Positions 13,101-27,985 of a stretch of DNA of 60,000 bases are shown here, piece by piece. How positions within the stretch are numbered: position 1 is the stretch's first letter; the number at the start of each line of letters is the position of its first letter. The stretch comes from Laetmonice hystrix (lineage: Eukaryota). The stretch is taken from the NCBI GenBank assembly GCA_965235115.1, contig OZ249436.1:27530001-27590000 (forward strand), written 5' to 3'. Made by a program: the position numbers and the translations under genes. Below the pieces are notes generated by a model. It did no database searches and was not told the DNA's origin. It saw only the letters and a list, made by a program, of their open reading frames with translations.

Positions 13101-15636
13101 ATAGATAGCGCAAGCCAATTTTCTACCGAGTCCCACTACTCGCCATCCGACACTCCAACCACTCGCGCTATATTGCCGCTGACCCATCCATCTGGAAACA
13201 TCGCCTCCCTCCATTTTCCCCTCGCTTCCCCTCCATTCTCAAGCCTGACTGTTCAGTCAGCATAATAATACTAGGCTATCGACCAACGACCATGGTAGCG
13301 TTTCTCTGCCATCAGCCATTCCCTTTCATTTCGCGTCATGTGCGAGGTGCCCTCCCCCCTCCCTCACCACAAGCACCCCCCACCCCAGCCCCACCTCAAA
13401 CTCGCCGCCCCTCAGGCTCCCCGTCGCTGAGCGTGATTCGATTACAGTGTTTGCGGCCTCACTCGCCGGCGGCAATGCCAATTTCCTTGGCTGTCTGCTT
13501 TGTGTGCCCATAACCCAACCGGCCTTCTCTCCCTCACACACCAGCCCCACCCCTTGTCAGGCCTTTTTTTCTTCTTCCCAATCCTCCCATCCCCCCCCAC
13601 CTCCTCCCCCAAACACCCCCTTCTCACACATAGAAACCCTGACCATGCATGTGCCTGCATTGGGGAGGGGGAAACTGTTACTGTTTCTGCTCAAGAAATA
13701 GCATGTCCAAAGGGCAAAGAAATACCAGTCGAATGAATAAGTAGGCCTCGCTAACATAGGCTCACAAGTGATACTGTCTATCGCTCGGCCGCAATACAAG
13801 CCTGCAGCAGTCTATCATTTGAACGTGATCGATAAGGAGCCCATTTCGACTGGATAGCGAGTGAGGCGTGGTGCAAAAGGCATCACGGTTGCGTGCAGTA
13901 GCAACAAAAAGAGAGATAGCCCTATGTATTAACGTATATTTGCTTTCCCCAAAGTATTCGCAATGATAGAATAAGCAATATGACTTTATCACTGTCGGTT
14001 ACAAACTCAAACCAAACCTTTTCCATTATTTCTATGCTCGGAGTAACATTAGCATCGGCGGCTAAGCAGATGACAATGTAAATATGTCCATAAGGCAGCC
14101 CGCGTTTTTCCTAACTCCCCAGGGTATAGACGTAAAATTATACTTGGGTCACTGTTGAATATAAGCCTTGTATCCATCTCAGGGTAATAACACCCCTCCA
14201 CTGTGCTAATGGGCGTGTAATTTAACTCCTCAGTCTGCGGCATTATTGATTGGCAAGCCGAGTTAGGTTGGAATCTTCAGGCGGTATAAGGTAAACGTTT
14301 CATCCCACTGGTCGACCGAGACCCCCTCAGAGGATCATACATCCGTCTGACATCTATTAGGTTTCCATCCGCCGTACCCAAAATTAATGGAAACTTTTAG
14401 AAGCAAGGCCTTAATATGTTTGAGAATAAAATAACCTGGAGAGAGAAATACTCGAAATCATGTTGAGAGAGTCAAGTGTTAAGAGAGATTCAATTAAGGA
14501 TGATTAACTTCAGTGAAAAATCATTATGAATTATCTATTCTGGCTTCCCCTTAGGACGGTCAGTGGTATTACGACTACACCATTACCAGGCTATTGGTTT
14601 AGGGCCACACATATGTTTTGCGATGTTAGACGAGAGAAGTTTTGCTGGGCCAGCCTTGACAGACATTCAGGCTGAAACATATCTATAAACAAAAGTGACG
14701 TGTTCTTCTCGCCGGCTTGTCTACATGAGCTAGTCAAGGTGGCCGTTGGTGTCAGTGAATCTAAGTGACCAGTCTCCTGATACCAAGGACCACCCAGCGA
14801 TTTGATGCGGCAGACTGGTGTTAGGACCTCAGTGTCGGAGGGTACTTTAGTGCGGCGCTGACCTGTAATCCGCGGCTTGATTTACAGCGGCATAAAGCCA
14901 TTAACGCCCTGTCCTCGTCTGCGTAAATATCGGCCCCTACTGCCGTCCGTGCGTTTTTATTATACTCCACAAGCCGAGTGTATAGAATGGCTGGGCAACA
15001 CAGGATGGCCGGGTGACACAGGCAGCGGTTGAGGAGGAGGGTGGGGGTGGGGGGGGGAGGGTCATTTTGGAGTCTATCTAGGTGGGCTCGGCAGGCACAT
15101 ATGTTAGATGCGTCTATTAGCTTCCGTTCGTCCTCGGTCGACCGCAAAACCGAGAGGAGTGACTCAGTTGGTGAATGGTAAACAGTTCGGCAGATAATTT
15201 AGCCACTCTGATAGCGGCAAACTCTCCTATATTGACACTTATCTCAGGAAGAGGTTGGAGGATGTAGCGCAGTGGTGTCGGAGGTTGGAGGAATGAGATT
15301 AGATACAGAATCTATACTACAGGACGCCCCTATATAGGTCTGTGTGGCTATCAGGTTTAACACGATGGCTTCTTATCAGTCGTTGCCAAACCACAAACAC
15401 CTATTTAGACAACCTCGTGGAATCCCTAATACATTTAATTTTATTTTGGGGATATAATTTTATTTGGGGGGGGGGGGGGAGAACTTCTCCTCACTATAAT
15501 GTCAACTCGGAAGTGAAAACGTTGACTAAGCGTTTGTGCAGATGGGAATGTTTTGCTGATTCGCTGCCTCCACTTGCCGACAGATGGTGAGCAGATGGAC
15601 GTGATAAAAACAACGAGTTGGCAGTTTGGCGACGCC

Positions 15637-15963
15637 TTTACTTCTCCAACCAGTCCAGGATCTAACTTTACTTCTCCAACCAGTCCAGGATCTAACTTTA
15701 CTTCTCCAACCAGTCCAGGATCTAACTTTACTTCTCCAACCAGTCCAGGATCTAACTTTACTTCTCCAACCAGTCCAGGATCTAACTTTACTTCTCCAAC
15801 CAGTCCAGGATCTAACTTTACTTCTCCAACCAGTCCAGGATCTAACTTTACTTCTCCAACCAGTCCAGGATCGAACTTTACTTCTCCAACCAGTCCAGGA
15901 TCTAACTTTACTTCTCCAACCAGTCCAGGATCTAACTTTACTTCTCCAACCAGTCCAGGATCT
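15637..15963. repeat. 30-bp minisatellite (TTTACTTCTCCAACCAGTCCAGGATCTAAC), about 11 copies
   Basis: Near-perfect tandem array with a single variant unit. Confidence 0.98.
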
Positions 15964-16532
15964 TATGGTCTGACACATTTTGTCAGATACAGTAACACGA
16001 TATGAGCGCTTGTTACATCTATTAACTGCTCCCATGACGTTTCTCAAATAAATAAATACACACACATTGTATTCTCCAACCATGATGTCGTTGGCTTTAT
16101 ACAAATAAATATGCAGGAAGACATATGACATGAATCTACAATCAGAAAACCTGGTATGAATCGATGTGATTTTTATAATAACACTATGCCACTAATACAA
16201 TCTTCAGAATTAATCTGATTGACGGTTGTTAATTTTGTACAGTACACTCACGAATGTTGTAGAACAGGTCGGTGACACTGCCAGATTTAATACGCCTCCC
16301 TCTGCTGCAGCAGGTTCCTATTTGTTCGCAGGGGGTCGGTTAGTCGCTGCTCCACACCCTCACACCCTCACCCTTGGGGTCCGGGTGGGTCGGCAGACAG
16401 CCCAGTCGGCCGACGCCTCGACCAGGCCGGCTTGATTGACTGTGCGATACGCGTGTAAATTGACGCGTGTTTCGGGTCACGCCGAGCCAACAGCTGTGGT
16501 TGGTCATCAAACAGTGTTTGACCACCGCGCTA

Positions 16533-16639
16533 GGCGACACTGCCCCATGGACCGAGAGTGTGATCAACGCTTGGAACCACTACCGGCGACACTGCCCCAT
16601 GGACCGAGAGTTTGATCAACGCTTGGAACCACTACCGGC
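16533..16639. repeat. 52-bp tandem duplication
   Basis: GGCGACACTGCCCCATGGACCGAGAGT(G/T)TGATCAACGCTTGGAACCACTACC at 16533 and 16585. Confidence 0.92.
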
Positions 16640-17367
16640 ACCACTACTGTCGACACCGCCAGGATGACGGGGGTGGGGTGGGGGGGGGGGGGGGGGTGGG
16701 GGGGGGGGGGTGATCTGTGTGTTGGTCACCGCATCATCGGAGGCTGAGATGATAATCTTCCCTTCTATTGTATTTTCATCGGGAATTCTGGCCAACAGGA
16801 GATTGCAAAATTATGGAACCGATACGGCTGCATGACCTATCATCGTGCTTGGAACGCTTTTATAGACTGCTAAAAGGAAGAGTTTGAGGTGTCACTATGC
16901 AGCGATATACGGTAAACAGGTTGTTAACAACATTATCATCAGTATTAGTATCGTATATATGTTCATTACGACAGGGTCTTAATTATACTTACTCCAGAAA
17001 TACGATAATAATGGCAGTATAGTTATAAAATACGCATTGTCTAACTGTCATTTGAATATACTACTTACACTAATAGCCTGACTTGACATGGTTAGATTTG
17101 TAGGTCAGGAGTGGAAGTGAAAACAAAGAAACGTGAATGTTCATTAGAAACCGTAACTAGCACAGCCAGTAGAATTATTCCTTAATAACGCATCAAATTG
17201 CCATCGGACCATCCAGCCTCTTTGATTACACCAGGTGTTTTATGGTCGTGCAAGAAATGCCCATGTTTTTTTTATTCCTTTAGCCATCACGAAGGTTGAC
17301 CACGAAATGTTCATGACGACTGACGTGCATTCTCTGATAAAGTTGGGTGTCATGAATGAGCAGGTGC

Positions 17368-18114
17368 GGTTCGAACTGTCAATATGATGGGCCCATTCAG
17401 CACGGGGTTCGAACTGTCAATATGATGGGCCCATTCAGCACGGGGTTCGAACTGTCAATATGATGGGCCCATTCAGCACGGGGTTCGAACTGGCAATGTG
17501 ATGGGCCCATTCAGTACGGGGTTCGAACTGGCAATATGATGGGCCCATTCAGCACGGGGTTCGAACATTACTGTCAATATGACGGGCCCATTCAGTACGG
17601 GGTTCGAACATTACTGTCAATATGACGGGCCCATTCAGTACGGGGTTCGAACATTACTGTCAATATGATGGGCCCATTCAGCACGGGGTTCGAACATTAC
17701 TGTCAATATGATGGGCCCATTCAGCACGGGGTTCGAACTGTCAATATGACGGGCCCATTCAGCACGGGGTTCGAACTGACAATATGACGGGCCCATTCAG
17801 CACGGGGTTCGAACTGTCAATATGATGGGCCCATTCAGTACGGGGTTCGAACTGACAATATGACGGGCCCATTCAGTACGGGGTTCGAACTGTCAATATG
17901 ACGGGCCCATTCAGCACGGGGTTCGAACTGTCAATATGACGGGCCCATTCAGCACGGGGTTCGAACTGTCAATATGATGGGCCCATTCAGTACGGGGTTC
18001 GAACTGACAATATGACGGGCCCATTCAGCACGGGGTTCGAACTGTCAATATGACGGGCCCATTCAGTACGGGGTTCGAACTGTCAATATGATGGGCCCAT
18101 TCAGCACGGGGTTC
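17368..18114. repeat. 38/43-bp minisatellite, about 19 units
   Basis: Unit GGGGTTCGAACTGTCAATATGA(T/C)GGGCCCATTCAG(C/T)AC. Four consecutive units carry an extra 5 bp (CATTA). Confidence 0.97.
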
Positions 18115-18382
18115 CTGATTGCCTTGCCCCCTCATTCTCTGTGTCCGGCGCTCTACAGATTTCCACCGGCGCATGCAAAATTTGTGAAACTTCAATGGAA
18201 ATGCGTAGCATTCTTAATGGACCGTATTCCTACTGATTCTTGACTTGAACGTACATACTTTGGATATGATAATTATCTGTTAAAAGAAATCCACGTTTTA
18301 TTGTGATTTCAGCGGATAGACACAGTCATACAGGTGTCTCTTACAGATCGGGGAAGGAAATAAAAATCTTATAATTGAATAT

Positions 18383-18469
18383 GAAGATTGTCAAACAGAA
18401 GTAGTGAACTGAGCGCACAATAAGAAGATTGTCAAACAGAAGTAGTGAACTGAGCCCACTATAAGAAGA
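18383..18469. repeat. 41-bp tandem duplication
   Basis: GAAGATTGTCAAACAGAAGTAGTGAACTGAGC at 18383 and 18424. Confidence 0.9.
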
Positions 18470-20624
18470 GCAGTCCCAAACTGCAGGGGGTATTTTTACA
18501 TCAAAACAACAGGTAGGCCAAGACTAGGAACATAATGAATAATTAATATAGTTTGGATTCACGCCAAAGCAAAATGGTCTTTAATCAAGACACACCTTGG
18601 CAGAATGCTGGTTATAGGATTTTTATATGTGTCGATTTTAGGTTGTGGCGTGCTCCATTTAATTAGTAATAATAGCTGATTTAAAGCCCATCATAGTATT
18701 TTAACTAATCTTAGAGAGCCGTTATGGATTCAGGGATCTTTGACATTCTAAGCGACCTTTAACTAATCTGTAAGTATTATGTATACCTAGAGGCAGCATG
18801 TAACAGCGACATACCTAACCATTGCATTCCCACACCGTCCTGCGTATCTCCGCTACAAGGTTTCTTATTCTTCTACTTAGCTGATGTAAACTAATAAACG
18901 CGCTCGGAAACGTGTTTGCACAAAATGTCCCTGCTAATTGGTGAAGGCAGCTAATACCTTCAGTCTCTTGTTAGAAGATGGGTGCTTGTAAGGAAAGACA
19001 TCTGGGATGACGTCACTGTGCTCTAATTTGATACAGTTCAGAGACCGCAGATGGACTGGACAGGAAGCATCAGTGTGGCTCCCATCTTGTAGTACCTAGA
19101 TCTTTGCTGGCATATTGAGAGAGATTATGTGTGTTTACATATAATCTGCCACAGACAGTTTTGAGTCTCTTTCACTACTTGTGTTTCAACTTTTAGCTAT
19201 TGACTTTGTTATTTTCAGAACAAGTTCACCTATTGACGCAATCATAAAGTCAAGTTCTTCATGGCAATGTCTGAGATATTCTCAAACCATAGACGTCGGA
19301 AACTGCTTAGAGTGCGAATTGGACATTGCAAATATTTGACCTTTTTGAAAATTGGCTTGCGGCGTTAGCGCCATTCAATTGATGTGCTTTGTATATAGCG
19401 CTGTCCCTTTCCCTGGAAATGCCTGAAGGACGTACTTTTGGAAGCCATAACAATGCCGTATAGTAGATCCATAAACTATGATCATTGTAAGTGATGGCAA
19501 GACGCAAATCTACAATTCCCATTGCCATTTTGATTCATCCATATATATTTGACACTTGATGAATTTAATGGCGCACTATACAGTACCTTCACTACCAATC
19601 TACTACGGAATAATGTTTTCACTTTCCCCTTCTCCCTACACCCAGCCATCCGTCAGTGTTGTAGAACCAATATAGCTGTGCCCCCCTCCTCCTCCCAGCG
19701 ACGGACCAGGGACCGGGTAAGTCGCTATATGTGGCTGCGTCTCAGCGATGGCCCATGGTCGTAACTCGTTGGATTTTATTGAACAATCTGAGCCCATCAT
19801 TTCTGTATTATATTATATTAGCCGTCCACACGACAGCTTTACGGCGGTGGTTGGGATGGGCCAGGCGACACGCCCACTGAAGGTCTCGACCTGCCGTCCC
19901 TGTTGTCACCTCCGGCCGGCGATCATCTCATAATTATAGCCATCATATGCACCAACCGGCCGGGGATAAGTTGTGAAGGTAGACTTATTTAAGAGATGTA
20001 ATATTGCGGGCGGGGCAGATTATACTCGGCCTACCAGTCCTGTTTTTAAGAAGCGGTTCTCCTTGGACTTGCTTACATTTTATCACAGTTCCTCATGGTT
20101 GTTGGATGTAAGCCACAGATTGCCGAGAGTAATTGCAGGCAAAAATTCATTTGTCGCCTATAGAGGGCGGTATGTGGGAATACCTGCACCAATTACATTT
20201 ACTAACCCTTTACTAACAGTTATGTAATACAAGTAGGTCACGGTCATGGGTGCTACTTTTGTTCCCGGTATAATAAAGACCTTGGATTGCCCAATCGTTG
20301 TTCGTACAAATTACCGTTTGCATGGGTGGTCAAAGGCGGAATGTTAACTCCGAGAACGTAGGTTGTCTTTGTTAACTCCCATAGTCAATACCATAACACA
20401 GGCCCTGTGTTTGATCTCTCGATGAGCTATGATGGCTGCGCACAAGGGATTTATTTCTCTTTGTTCTCCCCAAGCCAGGTATAACGACGACGTGTCATAA
20501 TCAGAGCATTGTCTTTGTTTATGTGATACCTGGCCCATTACAATATAAGTAGACCCTTCGCTATAGCATGAATTAAAGGAAACACAATTACTGTCTTCGC
20601 TTGCAGGCCTACTGGAAAATGTAT

Positions 20625-20639
20625 GAGAGACAGAGAAAG

Positions 20640-20733
<94 letters not shown>
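20625..20733. repeat. (GA)n microsatellite
   Basis: Long GA dinucleotide run. Confidence 0.98.
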
Positions 20734-22859
20734 CCTGAGAGCCTGAGCCTTAGAGCCTTGACTAAAATTGAGATTATACTACATTTTGCGAATTCAAACA
20801 ATTCGGCAGAGAACCATTTTGCCTCTGTGATGTTTTAGCTGGGGACTATAGTAGCGCGGCGCCAGACGGGCCGAGTCGGTGTCCTTTCATAACCGCCAAG
20901 CTGTAACCATATACACGCAATCCAACTGATTACTGCTAACACTGGCCATGAATAATGTATAGGGCGTGCCGAGCCGGTATTGGCAGCATTGAACATAAAA
21001 ATGGTACTCCCTCTAAAACTCTCTCCAGATACCGTGGCTATAAACATGATGACTAGATTATTTAGAAACCATATTTAAAAACCTGGTCAGTGCCAGGACT
21101 CTCTCATCTCTATGTCAGAAAGTTAGAACAAGGTGCCATGCTCTGACATGACCAGTGTCATGGTTCACGCAACAGTCTTCAATATTCGTTTGATTTCCTA
21201 ATATTTCCTGTGCACTTTTATGACACAGGGAGCGGTCCCTGTTGTCCGTTGCGTGTGGCAAACACATGCAGATTGTCTTATTAATGTCGTCATTATAAAT
21301 CAGATGCCCGTCAAGCACGACTTTGGGATTTTTACGATGTCCAGTCATCACGCTTTGTTTCATAGACACTTCGTGATGCCTCCTTCAAATATAACTCACA
21401 CAGACACAACTACACATTATATTTATGTACTCATATTATAGGATTGTTCCCCCAGATATTGTTCTTCCTACCATATAAAACCTTCACACACACCCTCCTC
21501 ATTCATTAAATGACGACGGTTTGTAATATTTGACCTTCGAACGACTTGGGAACCAGAAATCCATTTCCTGTCCCTGTCAAGATCTGGAAACTATTGTCAG
21601 CAGTTCCTGCCATCATTCTTTATGGGGCCAGCCCTGATGGTCTGAACAATACAAGACAAGACAAGTAAAAGCATTTACTCCTGACCTGACAGACGAGTTC
21701 CATCTCTCTCAGGATATAACATATATAATCGGACTAAAACATATATAATCAAGGCGAGATTTTGTAAGCATTATAGTCAAACATCACATGTCTCAAATAA
21801 CGTTATGTTAGTGGGGAAAAAATATTGATGTAATCAATTGCCTCAGTTGTATTCCTTTGTTCACGATTCCATTTTCCACATTAATGTCATCCAGTTCTAC
21901 AGAATAGCGCATATTTTATTGGCGAGTATTTAAATGACACACATAATAAGTTGAGCCTCCCGCCTGACAGAAAACCTTTATGGAAATGATTCCAAACGTG
22001 CGTGATGCAAACACCTGGGGCGACCACGACACACATTGAGGAAGATTCTAGGAAGGCACGGACCGAGGTCATTGAAGTGTGCACACAACTCTCCTCATGC
22101 ACCATCAGGACATGTACACTGTGATGTGTTCCAGTCAAAGAAATATTTATATTTATTTATAAAGCCAATACTAATATGCGCATAATTCTAACTCCTCCAA
22201 GGCGCCAATGCAGTCGGAGTCAAATCGTTAATGTAACTTTAAAGATACATGTAAACCTTTGAGCAGTCTTCCTTGGTTTGATCACAAACGACAAATCTAT
22301 ACCATGTAGAATGCCTATATAATCCATAACGGTAATACAGGTAATATTATATAGATACTGATGACAAACTAGTTGTGTACTCTAATGATCATAGCTTGCA
22401 AATAAACGACAAACACTAGCCTACGTTAGTATTGCTATAAACTGGTTAGACATGCGATATTCTGTGTCTAATTGACAACACCCTGTCTCGCTCTCACTTT
22501 ATATACCAGGTCATCCCGCAGTAGTGTAGACACGAACCTAAGGTATCGGGCCAGAGACAATAAAGAATTCATGTCGTCAGCCAGTTTAACCGGCGACATC
22601 CGGATTTATTTTGGGTACTGCTCAGAATATATTATTGGGTTTTTTCATTATTCTGTTTTCAACGATGCAGGGGCACGAGAAGGCGTAAGTAACATAATAA
22701 TAAAATCACAGAAAGATTGGGATCATGTCTTAGGTTATCTTAACACTAATGGTAACATACCGTGGTATTTTGTGATTCAGAGGAAAACACAATAAACAAG
22801 GCCACTGCGACAAAATATGATTATTAATTACTTCTCGATAATTATTGTAGCCTACTTTT

Positions 22860-23270
22860 TGAACTGGGAGTCCAGAAGGTCTGATAAGCGGATTTATACA
22901 GGTATGTACATAGTTGGCCAGGGTTCTGCGTAAGTTGGAGCTGAATGACACGTCATTGGTTAGTTGGTTCAGACACTTGCTTAGATAGTGCACTTGAAAG
23001 GGTCTTTTCCTACCTAATGGACCACTACAGCTTGCAGATGGTGCTCGGGAGGCCACCCTACATTTTGCTTTTGTTGGACTCAATGCGCAGCAGTCTTGCA
23101 TCTTTTCACGGCCTCTGCTGCTTTGAAGTCGATTCCAAGACGTCATTTACTCGGATGTGGAGACCCCAAAGACAGACATCCAATGGCTCAGGCGAGTTTC
23201 ACCCCCCTCCTCGTTTTTACGATTACAAGCTTCAAATGATTCCAATGACTATGTGACGACGACCCAGGCT
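22860..23270 (+). mobile_element. Highly decayed non-LTR (RTE-like) reverse transcriptase fragment
   Basis: One plus frame with stops reads LARVLRKLELNDTSLVSWFRHLL...NAQQSCIFSRPLL...DVI...DIQW. GACTATGTGACGAC follows and gives DY(A)DD with a 1-bp deletion. Order fits RT motifs (GV.QGC..SPLLF, GIQW, DYADD). Recognised by eye only. Confidence 0.4.
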
Positions 23271-24117
23271 TAGCCAGATGCTTTCTTTCGAGCGTATACG
23301 TCCCGTCGACGCTCACTGGGGGTGTTGGTTTGATTGCTCTGTTTTCTCCGGCGCCAATAAGAAAAGCTTCAAAGGGAGGGCGACCTCTCTGTATATATTA
23401 GGCTACAAGAAGTCTTGACATATTGATGGGTGCTTGCAGTAGGGGGCAGAGGGTACAGTCACTGAACTGAACGCCTAGTTATCTGCCGGTAGTTATTTAA
23501 CATCAGGAAAATAGATCAAGGGTGAGATGATGCCCTGTTGCCAATTTGGAAATATGACGCGCTGCAAGAGCAAACTCCCCCTAATGTTTCTTTCAACTAT
23601 GTGCCATCAGTCTAATGAGGAGGGCGATGGAATTACTCGAGGCGTTGCTAAGAGGCGTAATGACGTGGGGACTGAGTTCAAGTCAGGCTGTAGGGGGTGG
23701 GGGTGGGGGGGGGGGTGGGGGGGGTAGGGGTGGGGATGGCTGCCCCCTTTCTCCCTCACCCTCGCACGGCGTCCAGTGCCAGTCCCAAGCCACTGTCTCC
23801 TTATGGTGACCAGTCACGACATGCCCTAATCACTTTTACATCTCGTGTTCTCCACTTATAAGTTGTATCGCCTATATTGCAGGGCAGATACTGATCTCTC
23901 AGAAGCTAACCGCCACAGTTCTGTGTGCACGCTCCAGAGATAAACCCCCTTCAAACAACGTATTACTGTGGAAACAAGAGTAGGTCTTCACTCGTTAACC
24001 AGGAGGTAATTTGAAGGACAACATGACAAAAATGGAGTATTTCGTCTTGGTTGTATTCCTCTATTGTCGTGCCCCTTGAACCTCTCGGCGGTCTGCTCTC
24101 GCTGCGAACCCATTAGC

Positions 24118-24211
24118 GAGAGAGAGGGGGAGAGAGAGGGAGAGAGGGAGAGAGAGGGGGAGGGAGAGCAAGAGGGAGAGAAAGAGGGGGGAGAGAGACA
24201 GAGTGAGAGAC

Positions 24212-24280
<69 letters not shown>
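24118..24280. repeat. GA-rich polypurine microsatellite
   Basis: (GA)n with GAGG/GACA interruptions. Confidence 0.97.
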
Positions 24281-24282
<2 letters not shown>

Positions 24283-24879
24283 AAAAGCCACTTTCAGTAT
24301 TGACTCCCTTTTTTCGACATAACGGAAGAGAGCAAAAACTTCAGGTCGCTTATCACCACGCAGCGTTATATCAGACAATAAAAAAACACGGCTTGATTTT
24401 TAAACGGTACACTTCAAACTGGTTGATTGTGTAATCTTTTCTTGAAGCATCTACATACATTCCAACGGCGTAAGGCAATGAGCAGAACAACCAGGGCATT
24501 TTGTAACTAGACTGCTGTTGTATATAATGTGGCCGGTTCAGTGTTGTACCTATAGTGCTGACTCTACGCACAAAGAAGGAACGATTAATCTATTCAACTC
24601 GACCGCGGATTGCATCGTATTGTGAGTGAAGGAGTATTGTATTCTTGACTCTCAATCGGTGCTGTTTCTGGATCGCTGCTGGATGACAAGGAGGGCTCTT
24701 TCATCCGCCCTATCTCCGCCCCCCACGCCTGCCGCTCAGTGCCCCCGATGACAATCTGTCTTCCTTCTTGTCGTATTTACCCCCTCAATGCCAGCGACAC
24801 GAGAAGTATCACGAAGGAGTCGGAACGCTCGGTTGGTCGCGTCCTCTCTCATCCATTTTATTTCACTAGCAAGTCTAAC

Positions 24880-25100
24880 ATCAATATTAGGGGGTAAAAA
24901 ACTTTGTTGGGGTCCGTGAATGGGTTGCCGCAGTCACATATCGTTGTCATCACATAAAGTTGGTTAGGGTGAGTAAGCTGACAGAGGGTCCAGGTCAACA
25001 TTATAGGAACAAGTGCATTTACAAAGCGAGGTAGAGGAAGGTGCCTCTGGACCCCGCAGTCTGAACTTTGAAAAGGGCTGAAATATGACATATCTCAACC
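24880..25100 (-). mobile_element. Decayed L1/Tx1-like RT fragment
   Basis: Minus frame reads SPFQ...GVQRHLPLPRFVNALVPI (compare G.RQGCPLSP.LF..ALEPL). CTTTATGTGATGAC follows and gives LY(A)DD with one base lost. Confidence 0.35.
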
Positions 25101-27910
25101 ACGTTGAAACATAGGTATTACTAATTAAATGCAAGGGGGAAATATTTAAAAGACTAGCCTTTATAGAGGTCTAGAATAACACAACAGGATAACATTTGTT
25201 CACTGAAATTTAGATAAAGAAAATAAGAAAAAAGAAAGAAAAATGTTAGAAATATAGTTTAGGCATTTGAAGTATTACTCTTCATAAATAATTTTTTTTT
25301 TTTTTTATACTGTTATTGGCACCAAGTACCCCACGACACGAGAGATTTGCAATATGATACTGTTCATAAAGTACACTGATAAAGTATGCTTAAGTACAGT
25401 TTTGACGTCTATTGGCAAATAACATGCAGATCTATGCACTCAGTCACGTACGTATAAAACCTCACACGTACGTCTCCACCCCCACATATTACATGCGTGT
25501 ATGTTTGTATACATCACACCCTCATTTAAAAGATCACCAAGGAGGGAGACCTCGAAAAGGGGGACGATTCCCCCGGGCACACATTATATCCGACTTGTCT
25601 TGTGAAACCTTTCGTATCGCCCACAGACCTGATACAAATCGGGGCGCAGTCGGCGTGAAGGTTATAACCCAATCCATTACCTTGTTCCCAAGCCCGAACG
25701 TGTGTGTCTCGGGACCGGTTGAATACCATAGATACCACACACCCCATTACCAGCTGGCTAGGAATAGATCGTACTGTGTTCTTGGTTTCGTGTTGTTCAT
25801 TGAATTCCTGGTGGAGATTTACACCTACATTAGGCCTACTAATAAATAATCCTGTAATGAACAGTCGGGGCCATTATGGTCCTCGTCTCATGGTTGCAAA
25901 ATGAAGTGTGAAAACGCGAAGGCTTTGCCAATGACGTTACAACCCGAGCGTAGCCTCACAACTTACAACCACTCTTACTGCTGCATCTAATATTGAGATA
26001 CCACACAGAATCCTGTATACAATAACCGGTTTTTGCTTATGATATACATTTATTGGTCCTTGTAAATGGGGTTTCACTTGTGTACGTTTTCCTGGTGGTC
26101 TCTGGTGGGTAAATTTAATGGAGCTTGGTAGGCGCCAATGTCTGTCTGTAGCTCGGTTAATGGTACGACAGTGTCGACCCATGGGAAGGGCTTGACGGCC
26201 GGTTGGTCATGTAGAAACGATGTTCACGAAGAACATCTACTGGACACGATTTGTTACGCTGTATTTACCTCCACCATGGTAGATCCGAAAAGCAGCAATA
26301 AGCATCCCCATGCCAACGAGAGGGAAACTTTAATCCTAGTCGGACATTTGTTGGGCTTGTTTTCGATGAAGACGCCATTATCAGTCACTGCAGTGAGATT
26401 ACAGAGTGCGTCTCCACTATTCCTACAGTTCGTGCATGCCATGTACAATAGAAGCCTACTAAAACAATAGTTTAATACAGTTACATGTTTGACACCATGC
26501 ATTACTCATGGTTCTTCTTTGGTTTGTAATTTTTAGTTTGTATACAGGCACGTATTCAACTATTGGCCTTCGTAAAACTATACGTATAGCCTTTTATAAT
26601 TGTAAGTGAATAGCTTCAGAATAAGGACATGTTGTTTTTCTTAATATTAGGCCTACTGGCCCAGGTTAGCCAAAGCTATGCTGACCAACCGATCTTTTGA
26701 AATGGTTAATTTAAAGTAAACACAAATTCTGCCTGATTTATACCTAAACCATCATAATGTAGTTTACAATGTGCCGTCCTAATGGGAGCATGCAGTGTAC
26801 ATTTGGTATCCGACTTGGGGGTAGAAATTAAACTACTTTCAAGAAACGCCATCGGAAACTAAAGATGTCCCTTACAAACCCAGTAAAATTACCATTGTTT
26901 GAATGTAAATAAATGTTTAGTGTAGCGCTCATCAATAAGATTAATATTGTATTTACACTGGAAGAACTATTCCATATAAAGGGAAGAGACGTGCATGTGT
27001 GTAGTTGACAATGAAAACCACGCATAATATCATTTGGGGAATGAATGAATTGGCAATCAATGAATGGATGACATGAATCAGCAATCAATGACGTGGAAAA
27101 TGACAAACTGCCACAAATGATCAAATTTGCATGATATGCTCATGGTAGGCCTACGTGTCTTTGTCTTCGAAGGAAATTGCAAATATTCACAAAAAGGTAG
27201 GAGTGGCATTGTAGAATGTGAAAGGATTAATTGTTTCCAATAACAGTTCTAATTGTAAACAGCAAGAGTTAGTATCACAATCATGAAAGGGGATAATAAA
27301 ATGTACTCCTATACGATCCATATGGCATGATAGAAAGTCATCATCATGCAGTTCCCTTCATTCTTGTAAATGTATAACATGATGTATGGGGTTGTCTGTC
27401 CGTACGCTTTTTGTAAATATGAGATGTATCAAAATGTATAATGTATCAAATAATAGCAAGCCAAGGACGAGAATGCACAATCCTACTCACCAGGTACCAT
27501 GCATGTAGAAATAAAGGCCTTTAATCAAACAAGTCGAGCGACACACAGAGAAACTGGAAATAAACAGTCGTTGAGCTATGTCATTTTAATCATTCATAGC
27601 TTGTGGACGTTTTAGATTTACAGCCTCGTCTATCATTGTATCGTGAATCACGTGTCATAATGTGAACCTGGCAATCGTGTCTCGCCCGCGTCTCAAACAT
27701 TCATGACGTGGCGTCGACAAGCACGGCGACGTCGCGCGCTCTAATGGCCGTGCACGTAAATGGAGAGGTTTCAGCAGACGATATCTCAACTTAAAACCGG
27801 GCCAGAAAGACCCGTAAAACGTGGGTTTAACGACGTTAGATTCACATGCACTTCTACGTGGTTTTTACGACAAAAGGTCGTGTTTTAATATATACAGGAA
27901 ACAATCTGAC

Positions 27911-27985
27911 CTATACAGTATGGGGAAAGGCGACACTATACAGTATGGGGAAAGGCGACACTATACAGTATGGGGAAAGGCGACA
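27911..27985. repeat. 25-bp tandem repeat x3
   Basis: CTATACAGTATGGGGAAAGGCGACA occurs three times. Confidence 0.95.

Noticed and set aside
15258..15300. tRNA/SINE-like 5' end (GGATGTAGCGCAGTGGT)
   Set aside because: A-box-like only, with no B-box or cloverleaf downstream.
15526..16131. Repetitive ORFs (FTSPTSPGSN; superficially like the RNA Pol II CTD)
   Set aside because: Product of a near-identical 30-bp DNA repeat with almost no synonymous variation and no surrounding gene.
17368..18114. CRISPR-like array with palindromic repeats
   Set aside because: Units abut directly with no unique spacers, no cas genes are present, and the context is eukaryotic.
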